A stretch of 14,485 nt of DNA from Polyangiales bacterium (GCA_044229975.1 JBGARZ010000035.1:1-14485); one strand, 5' to 3'. Counted from the first letter of the stretch, positions 6,437-13,915 are shown. Notes: generated by a model not told the origin, from the letters alone. A program made the numbers and translations.

Positions 6437-7464
6437 GCGAACTGAACCTTGACGCGATCGAGGCCCGCGCCCACGCCGCGCTGACCTCCCCGACCGGGCA
6501 GCAGTACGACGCCGCCGTGATTCTCGCCACCGACGTCCCGGCGCTCGTGGCCGAAGTCCGGTCTTTGCGGACCATGCGCGATGCGGCGTGGCAGCACTAC
6601 GACGAGCAGGTCGACTCGCTCATCCGAGAGCGTGACGATGCGCAGTCTCTGGCCGCCGTCGCGCGGGAGAAGGAGCGGGCCGCGCTGGAAGAACGCGACG
6701 AGGCACTCCGGCACCTGACGCACGCCGCGGCGGTGGAGGCGGCCCTCACGAGCGACCTGCTCGCCGCTCACGTAGAGGTCGAGCAGTTGCGAGTGACGCG
6801 GGCCACCGACCGCAACCGCTTGAGGCACACGCGAAAGGCGCTGGCGAAGACCCGACTGTTGCTCGAAATCCGGGCAGAGCAGACGGAGCGGCTGCGGGCG
6901 CTAGTCAACGCGAAGCAGTCGTGGATCGACGGCGCGAAGGTCGACTGCGACGGCTACGACGAGGCCCGTGCCGCCACCGCCCGCGTCCGGGCGCTGTGCG
7001 CGGGAGCCGACGACAGCGAGTACACGACGGTGTTCGCCGCCGCCGTCCTCGCCGCCCTGGACGCCCGCGACGACCCGTCCGCGACCACCACTATCCCCAT
7101 CGACGTCGCGAGGGAGCACGCCTGGCTCGCGAACCACGCCCTGGAAATGCTGGTCGATACCGGCGACGGCACGTACCACCCCATTGCCGACGCGCTGGCG
7201 AAGGTGCGCGACCTCCTCGACCCGCAGCCCCCGACGCTGCGCGAGCAGGTGGCGCAGGCGTGGTGCGCCGAGTTCTACGGCGAGTTCAGCCGGAGCGCCC
7301 AGCAGCCGGCCCCCGACCAACTCGACGCCGCCGACGCCGTGCTCGCGGTCGTGGCGGACTGGCTCGCCGAGCAGCCGCACACCACCGACTCGTGGGCCGA
7401 GATGTACGGCGAGCAGAAGGCGCAGCGCGACCACGACGTGCGCCTCCTGCGGGGGGAGTCGTGA
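6433..7464 (+). CDS. Mosaic coiled-coil hypothetical protein (343 aa)
   Basis: GGAGG RBS; N-terminus like 112..576; helical middle; C-terminus like 5668..6087. Confidence 0.8.
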   Translation: MSELNLDAIEARAHAALTSPTGQQYDAAVILATDVPALVAEVRSLRTMRDAAWQHYDEQVDSLIRERDDAQSLAAVAREKERAALEERDEALRHLTHAAAVEAALTSDLLAAHVEVEQLRVTRATDRNRLRHTRKALAKTRLLLEIRAEQTERLRALVNAKQSWIDGAKVDCDGYDEARAATARVRALCAGADDSEYTTVFAAAVLAALDARDDPSATTTIPIDVAREHAWLANHALEMLVDTGDGTYHPIADALAKVRDLLDPQPPTLREQVAQAWCAEFYGEFSRSAQQPAPDQLDAADAVLAVVADWLAEQPHTTDSWAEMYGEQKAQRDHDVRLLRGES

Positions 7465-7598
7465 ACGGCGTCGTCGGCCTCGCGTTCTGGCTCGCGTTCG
7501 CCGGCCTGTTCGTGTGGTGCGCCGTCGCCACCCGCCGCCACGACCGCAAAGCCGAGCTCGACGTGTACGAGCGGGTGCGGGGCGGTGGTTGGGGATGA
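7461..7598 (+). CDS. Small membrane protein, copy 2 (45 aa)
   Basis: One amino-acid difference (A/V) from 6084..6221. Confidence 0.75.
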   Translation: MNGVVGLAFWLAFAGLFVWCAVATRRHDRKAELDVYERVRGGGWG

Positions 7599-8011
7599 CC
7601 ACCGACTTCGAGCGCTTCTGGGCCAACGTGGACAAGGCCGACTGCTGGATGTGGAACGGCTCCATGTTCACAAGCGGTTACGGGCGTTTCTACTCCGGAG
7701 GGGCGACGTTCCGAGCTCACCGACTCGCCTACATCTGGGAGCACGGCGAGATCCCGGAAGGACTGCAGCTCGACCACCTCTGTCGGAACCGCCGCTGTGT
7801 GCGCCCGGATCACATGGAGGCCGTCACCTCGCGTACCAACACTCTGCGCGGCGTCTCGCCCGTGGCGGAGAACGCGGCCAAGTCCTTCTGTCTGCGCGGG
7901 CTCCGGTTCACGCCCCCGAAGAACACCTACTACCACGCTGGCCGCCGTCACTGCCGCGCGTGCCGCACCGCGTTCGATCACAAGCGTCGCTCGAGGGATG
8001 GAGTCGCATGA
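7595..8011 (+). CDS. HNH homing-type endonuclease (138 aa)
   Basis: RFWANVDK..CWMW.G....GYGRF...AHRLAY...LDHLCRNRRCVRPDHMEAVT...N. Confidence 0.9.
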   Translation: MTTDFERFWANVDKADCWMWNGSMFTSGYGRFYSGGATFRAHRLAYIWEHGEIPEGLQLDHLCRNRRCVRPDHMEAVTSRTNTLRGVSPVAENAAKSFCLRGLRFTPPKNTYYHAGRRHCRACRTAFDHKRRSRDGVA

Positions 8012-8298
8012 CCCAGGATGCCGCCGTCACGGCAGCCGCCGAGGCGCTGGAAGCGCACTACGCGAGCGGGTACTTCTGTCGCTGTGGCGTCGAGGTGAAC
8101 TCGGTCAGCACGCACATGGCCGCAGCCGCCGTCGCCGCAGCCCGTCCGATCATCGAGGCGGAGGCGTACCGGCGGGCGCTCGACGTCATCGAGGCCGAGC
8201 GCAAGGACGAGACCGTCGTCTTGACGGATGCCGGTCTCGTGTTCGCGGCAGACGCCGTGCGCGTCCTGCTCAACGCTGCCCGAGGCGGTGCGTCGTGA
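8008..8298 (+). CDS. Hypothetical protein (96 aa)
   Basis: H...CRCG...H motif; coupled overlaps. Confidence 0.7.
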   Translation: MTQDAAVTAAAEALEAHYASGYFCRCGVEVNSVSTHMAAAAVAAARPIIEAEAYRRALDVIEAERKDETVVLTDAGLVFAADAVRVLLNAARGGAS

Positions 8299-8408
8299 TC
8301 CGCCCCATTGTGTCCGACGTCGCCTGGGCGCTCAGCCGCGTCGGCTTCGCCCTCGTCGCCGGCATCGACCGGGTGCTGGCACGGCTGCCGCGAAGGTGGG
8401 GTGGCTGA
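8295..8408 (+). CDS. Small hypothetical protein (37 aa)
   Basis: GTGA overlap; fills the operon gap. Confidence 0.55.
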   Translation: MIRPIVSDVAWALSRVGFALVAGIDRVLARLPRRWGG

Positions 8409-8724
8409 GGTGGCGTGGCTGATCCTCGCCCTGGCGCTCGTTGTCGGGTACTTCCGCATCGGGCTGGCATTCCGCAACCACACCGCAGCCGTGGACGCCG
8501 CTCGTGCTCGTGCCGAGTGGCACGGCGCAAGGTACGTGCGAGACGACTTCATCAACCGGCAGCGGATCTCGCTCTACCTCTGGCCGTTCAAGGCGATGCA
8601 GTGGGCGTCCGAGGGTGACCGCGAGGACCGCTGGCGCGAGTTCGACCCGGTGACCCTGCGCGAGCGTGAGCGACGCATCGACCAGCTCGAGCGCGAACTC
8701 GGCATCCGAAGGAACGCCTCGTGA
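8401..8724 (+). CDS. Membrane-anchored protein (107 aa)
   Basis: N-terminal hydrophobic WLILALALVVGYF; C-terminal RERRIDQLERELGI helix. Confidence 0.75.
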   Translation: MAEVAWLILALALVVGYFRIGLAFRNHTAAVDAARARAEWHGARYVRDDFINRQRISLYLWPFKAMQWASEGDREDRWREFDPVTLRERERRIDQLERELGIRRNAS

Positions 8725-8954
8725 CCGGCGAGTACCCGGCGCTGCCGACCGCGTTCGACCGGCTCACCGCATCCCGCGCATCCGGCCCCACCGACACCGA
8801 CACCAGCGACGAAGCCGACCGCCTCCGACGCGAGAACGCCAGCCTGCGCCGCACCATCGCCGCCCTCGACCAGCGGCTCCTCGAGCTAACCCGAGCCGCC
8901 GAGGGCCGCGACCGGGGCGCCGTCACCACCAACGACCAGAGAGGACCGCAGTAG
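8721..8954 (+). CDS. Coiled-coil hypothetical protein (77 aa)
   Basis: EADRLRRENASLRRTIAALDQRL; AAGGA RBS. Confidence 0.7.
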   Translation: MTGEYPALPTAFDRLTASRASGPTDTDTSDEADRLRRENASLRRTIAALDQRLLELTRAAEGRDRGAVTTNDQRGPQ

Positions 8955-9040
8955 TGGACCGCATCGCAGCAGCCGTCTCCGTCGCCGTGTGCGGCATCGC
9001 CGTCGGCTTCATCCTCCTCGCACTGGCGCTGACCCGGTGA
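8954..9040 (+). CDS. Very small membrane peptide (28 aa)
   Basis: GAGGA RBS; hydrophobic; overlaps both neighbours. Confidence 0.55.
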   Translation: MDRIAAAVSVAVCGIAVGFILLALALTR

Positions 9041-9351
9041 CCGCCGCGCAGCTCGCGTTCCCCGTGGACGCGACACCCGACGACCCCCACGCCGACGCAC
9101 GCCGCCACGTCGCAGCCGCCATAGCGCTGTGCGCCGAAGTCCACGACGGCATCGTGTCGCCGAACGCCGTCCGCGCCTACCTCGCCGCGATGCCGGAGTG
9201 GGTGATCCCGTCCCACGTCGTGGGGCAGACGTACCGCGCACTGCGGCTCGCCGGCCACCTCGCCTACGCGGGCACGGAGATCAGCGACGACGTGCGCGGC
9301 GGCAACGCAGGCAAGATCCACCGGACCTACCGCTGGGTCGGTGCCGCATGA
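9037..9351 (+). CDS. Hypothetical protein, possibly winged-helix (104 aa)
   Basis: VSPNAVRAYL...VVGQTYRALRLAG...GNAGKIHRTYRW; coupled overlaps. Confidence 0.7.
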   Translation: MTAAQLAFPVDATPDDPHADARRHVAAAIALCAEVHDGIVSPNAVRAYLAAMPEWVIPSHVVGQTYRALRLAGHLAYAGTEISDDVRGGNAGKIHRTYRWVGAA

Positions 9352-9989
9352 GCGACAAGCTCGCCATCGAGTGCCGCCGCTGCGGGAAGCGCGCCCGGGC
9401 CACCGCTGGCCGCGGCCTCTGCTCCAACTGCCACGAGACCGTTACCACCAACGGGCGTATCGAGGACTACCCCCTGCGCCGCCCCGACACCCAGGGCCGA
9501 GTCCGCCCCCTCTACGAGCAGGGCAAGGGCGCCGCCGAGATCAGCCGCATTCTCGGCATCACCCGCAACGCCGCCTGGTGCGCCATCCGCGCCATCCGCA
9601 CCAAGGAAGCAGGAACCGTGACCGGGTACAGGTACGAGTCCCCGAACGGCGTCGACCTGTGGGCGAAGCTGCACGTCCCCCACCCCGGCATCGACGACGT
9701 CGAGTGCAAGTCGCGGCACGACCTGTTCGTCGACTGGCTCGACGGGAACACCCGCCACCTGATGCGGCACGGCGCCCCCGACACGTGGGCACAGAAGTAC
9801 ATCGCCGCGGCGCTTGCCGTGTGCGCGCGCTGCCCCGTGCGCGACTGGTGCGTTGAGGCGACGAAGCCGCAGCAGTCGAAGGTGTCGATCATCGCCGGCG
9901 GGGCCGTGTGGCATGGCGGCGAGGTCGTGTGGGATCTGGCGCGGCAGGAAGCACTCGAAGCCGCGCAGGACGCCGAGGTGGCGGCGTGA
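9348..9989 (+). CDS. Zn-finger/HTH/WhiB-like transcription factor (213 aa)
   Basis: N-terminal CRRC...GLCSNC; HTH-like GKGAAEISRILGITRNAAW; WhiB pattern C...DLF...ALAVCARCPVRDWC...IAGG. Confidence 0.75.
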   Translation: MSDKLAIECRRCGKRARATAGRGLCSNCHETVTTNGRIEDYPLRRPDTQGRVRPLYEQGKGAAEISRILGITRNAAWCAIRAIRTKEAGTVTGYRYESPNGVDLWAKLHVPHPGIDDVECKSRHDLFVDWLDGNTRHLMRHGAPDTWAQKYIAAALAVCARCPVRDWCVEATKPQQSKVSIIAGGAVWHGGEVVWDLARQEALEAAQDAEVAA

Positions 9990-10420
9990 AGCGCATCGAC
10001 CCACGGGTTCGTTTCTGGCTCAAGGTGGATTGCTTCACCGAGTCTGGGTGTTGGGAATGGCGCGCTGGACGGGGAACTGAGGGTTACGGGAAGTTCAATA
10101 CGGGCGGCAACCGTGGTCCGCACGTTTCTGCACATCGCTTCGCCTACGAGCAGCTGGTCGGCCCGGTCCCCGACGGACTCGTCCTCGACCATCTCTGTCG
10201 GAATCGAATCTGCGTGAACCCCGCGCACCTTGAGCCGGTGACCGATCGCGAGAACGTGCTGCGTGGCGTTGGCATCACCGCTGTCAACGCGGCTAAGACG
10301 CACTGTCCCTATGGGCACGAGTACGACGTCGTGTGGCGTGGACGACGAACCTGCAAGACGTGCCACAACAAGCAAAGCGCCGAGGGGCATCGCCGACGTC
10401 GCACCGGGAGTGCGGCATGA
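9986..10420 (+). CDS. HNH homing-type endonuclease (144 aa)
   Basis: RFWLKVD...GCWEW...GYGKF...AHRFAYE...LDHLCRNRICVNPAHLEPVT..EN; C-terminal KTHCPYGHEY...CKTC. Confidence 0.92.
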   Translation: MKRIDPRVRFWLKVDCFTESGCWEWRAGRGTEGYGKFNTGGNRGPHVSAHRFAYEQLVGPVPDGLVLDHLCRNRICVNPAHLEPVTDRENVLRGVGITAVNAAKTHCPYGHEYDVVWRGRRTCKTCHNKQSAEGHRRRRTGSAA

Positions 10421-10554
10421 CCACCCGCGACGAGCGCATAGAGGCCGCGCGGCGCATGGATGCCGCCGGGGTGTCGCGGGCGCAGATCGCCGAGGCGACG
10501 CACCTGCGGTCGGAGACGCTGTACGCCGAGGTGTACGGGCGGGTGGCGTCGTGA
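10417..10554 (+). CDS. Small HTH protein (45 aa)
   Basis: ARRMDAAGVSRAQIAEATHLRSETLY resembles a resolvase-type HTH. Confidence 0.65.
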   Translation: MTTRDERIEAARRMDAAGVSRAQIAEATHLRSETLYAEVYGRVAS

Positions 10555-10685
10555 CGTTCTCGTGCTGCCGCCACTGCTCCCCGACGTCACGGTGGCACCC
10601 CACCGGCCGCGACCAGCACGCCACCGCCTGCGGCTGCGCGGAGTGCCCGTACCCCACCGACACCGGGCAGGCGGCGCTCTGGTGA
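10551..10685 (+). CDS. Cys/His-rich small protein (44 aa)
   Basis: CCRHC...H...CGCAEC; GTGA overlaps. Confidence 0.6.
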   Translation: MTFSCCRHCSPTSRWHPTGRDQHATACGCAECPYPTDTGQAALW

Positions 10686-10855
10686 CCGCCCACGACACGC
10701 GCATCGAGCGCGTCCGCGACGTCCGCGGCTACGACATCGGATACGCCGCGACCTGCACCCGCCACGACTGGACCGGCGACCTCCGCGAACGGCCGACGCA
10801 AGCCCTCATCGACATCGAACAGCACCTCACCGACACCAGGGAGCCGACACCGTGA
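10682..10855 (+). CDS. Hypothetical protein (57 aa)
   Basis: GYAATCTRHDWTG...H; GTGA overlaps. Confidence 0.65.
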   Translation: MTAHDTRIERVRDVRGYDIGYAATCTRHDWTGDLRERPTQALIDIEQHLTDTREPTP

Positions 10856-11226
10856 GCGCCGAGGACTTCGTGAAGCTCAGCGTGCGCTACCGCGTCGACT
10901 TCGCCCACACCCGCACGAGCCCCCACGCTGAGCTGCTGTTCCTTCGCGGCATGGCGTACTGCGGCCTCAATAACACCGGCGGCAGCATCCCCGAGGTTGA
11001 CCTTCCCGGACTGGCTACCGGACTCGGGCGCCGATACGCCGCGCTGGCCGCCGAGCTCGAGGCCGGCGGGTACTGGCAGCGCAGCCCGACCGGGTGGTGC
11101 GTGCGGTCCTGGGACAAGTGGCAGCACGAGTTCGACTGGGTCGCCGAGAAGCGCAGGCAGGACGCCCGCCGCAAGCGCGAAGCCCGCCGCCAGAAGCGCG
11201 AGGGGGAACCCGGTGGCGCCGCCTAG
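10852..11226 (+). CDS. Phage replication initiator-like protein, N-terminal part (124 aa)
   Basis: AELLFLRGMAYC...TGG.IP...EL...GYW...GW..RSWDKWQ followed by basic RRKREARR, as in actinophage Rep-like proteins; followed by ori-like repeats. Confidence 0.7.
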   Translation: MSAEDFVKLSVRYRVDFAHTRTSPHAELLFLRGMAYCGLNNTGGSIPEVDLPGLATGLGRRYAALAAELEAGGYWQRSPTGWCVRSWDKWQHEFDWVAEKRRQDARRKREARRQKREGEPGGAA

Positions 11227-11227
11227 C

Positions 11228-11307
11228 GTCCGCGGACATTCGCGGACACGTCCGCGGACGAAATCGGACGCGTCCGACGTAGAGAGAGAGGGAGAGTGAG
11301 AGAGAGA
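11228..11307. repeat. Putative replication origin: iteron-like palindromes plus AG tract
   Basis: GTCCGCGGAC at 11228 and 11250, CGCGGAC at 11241, palindrome TCGGACGCGTCCGA 11264-11277, near-pure purine tract 11281-11307. Confidence 0.55.
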
Positions 11308-11649
11308 CAAGACATGACAACTTCCAGCCGGAGCATGGCACTAGGCGGCGACCCCATCGGAGCCATCGCCACCGTCATCGTCAGCATCCGACCCGACTGG
11401 GACTGGACGACCGTCGTGGGAGCCATCGGCGCCGACGACCGACCCTGGCGCACCGTCGTCGCCGGCAGCATCCGCGGCGCACTCGACCCCGACACCCGCC
11501 ACCCCAACGGCCTCCGCTACGTCAACCCCACCGGGCAGGCCACCGCGCCGCAGCTGCCCACCGTCGCCGAGGCGCTGAACCCCGACATCGACGACCACGG
11601 CTTCCGCGTCGGCGCCTGCCCCGTCTGCCGCCGGGGAGGTGCGGCGTGA
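11296..11649 (+). CDS. Hypothetical protein, possibly the C-terminal part of the replication initiator (117 aa; start could be 11314)
   Basis: IVSIRPDWD...GALDPDTRHP...HG...CPVCR; same frame as 10852..11226. Confidence 0.7.
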   Translation: MRERQDMTTSSRSMALGGDPIGAIATVIVSIRPDWDWTTVVGAIGADDRPWRTVVAGSIRGALDPDTRHPNGLRYVNPTGQATAPQLPTVAEALNPDIDDHGFRVGACPVCRRGGAA

Positions 11650-11897
11650 GCATCGACCTCGACGCCGGAATCACGTTCTGCGGCTCGTGGGCCCCCGACG
11701 ACTGCGCGTTCACAGCGGACGGTGCACCGGTCGTGTGGGCGTGCGGGTTCCACCACCTCGTCGCGGAGGTGGTCGAGCTGCGGCTGCGCCCGCCCTACCC
11801 GCCGCACCTGGCGGAATCCGTCGCCCGCGGCGAACCCGTCGTCATCCTCGGCAAGCGCTACATCCACGTCCCCTCGCAGCCGCAGGAAACGCCGTGA
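11646..11897 (+). CDS. Hypothetical protein (83 aa)
   Basis: GGAGG RBS; GTGA overlaps. Confidence 0.7.
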   Translation: MSIDLDAGITFCGSWAPDDCAFTADGAPVVWACGFHHLVAEVVELRLRPPYPPHLAESVARGEPVVILGKRYIHVPSQPQETP

Positions 11898-12121
11898 GCC
11901 GCCGACTGGATGCGGCCAGGCGCAACCCCCCGCGGCGTCGCGAGCCGAGCGTCCTGCGGTTCCCGCACGCCATCTCACCCCGCCAGGCCGCAGAGATCCG
12001 CGAGCAGTGGATGGCCGTCGCCCGAACGGTGCCCATCGCCCTCGACGTCCGCGCGCCGGAGTACGACCACATCGAGCGCGACTACCCCCCCGCGTGGTGG
12101 CGGAGGTGGTTCCGCCGGTGA
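11894..12121 (+). CDS. Hypothetical protein (75 aa)
   Basis: GTGA overlaps; ends AWWRRWFRR. Confidence 0.65.
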   Translation: MSRRLDAARRNPPRRREPSVLRFPHAISPRQAAEIREQWMAVARTVPIALDVRAPEYDHIERDYPPAWWRRWFRR

Positions 12122-12273
12122 CCACGAACCTCGCCGCCCGCATCGCCCACGAGCACCTGCCCCACTGCGACGCCGCCGGCAGCGGACCCCGCTCCGACCG
12201 CGACGCCGAGAAGCACACCAAGACCACCGGCCACGCGACGTCGTCGGTGACAAAACCAAACAAAAAAACCTAA
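12118..12273 (+). CDS. Hypothetical protein (51 aa) with altered 3' end
   Basis: MTTNLAARIAHEH...AEKHTKTTGHATSSVTKPNKKT; see insertion-scar finding. Confidence 0.6.
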   Translation: MTTNLAARIAHEHLPHCDAAGSGPRSDRDAEKHTKTTGHATSSVTKPNKKT

Positions 12274-12361
12274 ACGTGCCGATACATGAGTGTGGAACCG
12301 CGTCGGGATACCGCCGAGGGTGTCACGCGACCAGCAGCGTCGGAGCACCCGAGGAGACCGC

Positions 12362-12604
12362 ATGAGCGTCTGGTCAAGCCGCGACGACGCACTCACCGCG
12401 TGGGAGGTCGACTACCAGCCGAACCACTGGCTCGACATCGACCTAGCCACGGCGAAGTCGTGGAACGAATGCCTCCGCATCGCGCTGATGGGCGACGGAC
12501 CCGACTCGACGGACGCGGCGTTCATGCTCACCGTCGACCAGGCCAACGCCCTCGCCGCCGCGCTGTGGATGTGGGCCGCCGAGCAGGAGGGCACCGCGAA
12601 GTGA
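12362..12604 (+). CDS. Hypothetical protein (80 aa)
   Basis: GAGGAG RBS; LTVDQANALAAAL motif. Confidence 0.75.
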   Translation: MSVWSSRDDALTAWEVDYQPNHWLDIDLATAKSWNECLRIALMGDGPDSTDAAFMLTVDQANALAAALWMWAAEQEGTAK

Positions 12605-12822
12605 CCGACGAGCCGCGCGTCACCGTGACCTACGTCCCCAGCAAGGCCGCCCACGCCCGCGCGGGCGTCCTGTCGTACATCGTTGCCAACGGCGGGCGCC
12701 ACGAGCCCGCGACGCTCTGGCCGTGGCCCGACCCCATCTGCCCGCTCTGCACCTACGAGTCCACCGACGTCCTCGCTGGCGTCGCGTGGCCCTGCCCCGA
12801 GGTCGAGGAGTCCACGGAATGA
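12601..12822 (+). CDS. Hypothetical protein (73 aa)
   Basis: GGAGG RBS; H...CPLC...WPC motif. Confidence 0.7.
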   Translation: MTDEPRVTVTYVPSKAAHARAGVLSYIVANGGRHEPATLWPWPDPICPLCTYESTDVLAGVAWPCPEVEESTE

Positions 12823-13067
12823 GCCGCTACACCGTGACGATCGTCAGCAACGGCGGCGACTGGCTGCTCGGGCGCTGGTACTGGACCGTGTCCGGGCCGC
12901 TCGCGAACCAGGACGACGACCCCGACGCACTGTTCGCGTTCGACCTCGCCCGCGGGTTCGCCCACAGCGAGAAAGGCGCCCGGCGAAAGGTCGGCTGCCG
13001 CCTCGCACGCCTGCGCCGTGGGCGTGCAGCACACCTCAACCGCATCGTCATCGAGGAGCCCGCGTGA
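12819..13067 (+). CDS. Hypothetical protein (82 aa)
   Basis: GAGGAG RBS; ATGA and GTGA overlaps. Confidence 0.7.
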   Translation: MSRYTVTIVSNGGDWLLGRWYWTVSGPLANQDDDPDALFAFDLARGFAHSEKGARRKVGCRLARLRRGRAAHLNRIVIEEPA

Positions 13068-13849
13068 AGTGCGTGATCTGCGCCCGCCGCGACCCGCGCG
13101 ACGGCGCCACCCTCTGCGGCATCTGCACCGACCGCATCGACGACAACCTCGCCCGCATCGCCGAACTCACCCGCTGGGCATCCGCGTGGCTCATGCCCCG
13201 CACCGGCCACGGCGAAGGTGGACGCAGCGTGCCCGGCTCGAGGCCGCCCCTCGACATCGCCAGCCTCGACGCGGCGATCGGGAACGACGCGCTGCCCCTG
13301 CTCGAGTCGTGGGAGAAGCTGGTTCGCGAGAGGCACTCACTCGCGCCCTACGGCGTCCACACAGCCACGAACCCGGCGACCGTGGGTGGATGTGTCACCT
13401 TCCTGCGCTCGTGGCTCCTACGGCTCGCAGAGGACGCCGAGTGGCCGATCGAGATCATGGCCGAGGAGGTGGGCGACCTGCGCGGGAAGCTCGAACACCT
13501 CGACCCCGACCACGAGCGCACCGATGGTGAGCGACTGCTGTGCCCCGGCGACCACCCCGAAGCCGACGGGCGACCTTGCCACAACCGCATCCGCCTCATC
13601 CCCGGACGACCAACCGACGACGTCTACTGCCGACGCTGCGGGACGACGTGGAACACGAAGCGGCTCAAACTGCTGTGCCTGCACGACGAGGATCAGCGCA
13701 TCTGGCGCACGCCGGCCGAGATCGTCGAGATCGTCGACATCAGCAAGCGCACGATCCAGCGATGGGCCGAGCAAGGGCTCATCGAGCAGCAGGGGTCGCG
13801 CTACGACCTCGGTGGCGTGTGGCGGCTGCGGATGAGGGTTGGGGCTTGA
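13064..13849 (+). CDS. Probable late-gene transcription regulator, Zn-binding plus C-terminal HTH (261 aa)
   Basis: CVIC...LCGIC, SRPPLD, LESW, CP...C...CRRCGTTW, ISKRTIQRWAEQG...YDL; last early gene before a promoter. Confidence 0.75.
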   Translation: MKCVICARRDPRDGATLCGICTDRIDDNLARIAELTRWASAWLMPRTGHGEGGRSVPGSRPPLDIASLDAAIGNDALPLLESWEKLVRERHSLAPYGVHTATNPATVGGCVTFLRSWLLRLAEDAEWPIEIMAEEVGDLRGKLEHLDPDHERTDGERLLCPGDHPEADGRPCHNRIRLIPGRPTDDVYCRRCGTTWNTKRLKLLCLHDEDQRIWRTPAEIVEIVDISKRTIQRWAEQGLIEQQGSRYDLGGVWRLRMRVGA

Positions 13850-13874
13850 CGTGAAGTGGCGCATGTCGTACCCC
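13846..13874 (+). promoter_or_regulatory. Late promoter, SigA-type
   Basis: TTGACG (13846-13851), 17 nt, TACCCT (13869-13874). Confidence 0.75.
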
Positions 13875-13915
13875 TCGGGTACGCTGGTCGCGGTCCTGCG
13901 AACTGCGGGATGGAT

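Noticed and set aside
6046..7598. DGR template/variable repeat pair
   Set aside because: Mismatches are not adenine-specific (C/G, G/T, C/T) and there is no reverse transcriptase in the window
7595..8011. Group I intron or intein hosting the HNH
   Set aside because: The HNH ORF overlaps intact neighbours on both sides, leaving no room for a ribozyme core; no interrupted host gene is apparent
3851..10825. Long minus-strand ORFs such as 3851..5311, 5209..6366 and 9512..10825
   Set aside because: Antisense to a tightly coupled + strand operon; expected in high-GC DNA; no recognisable motifs
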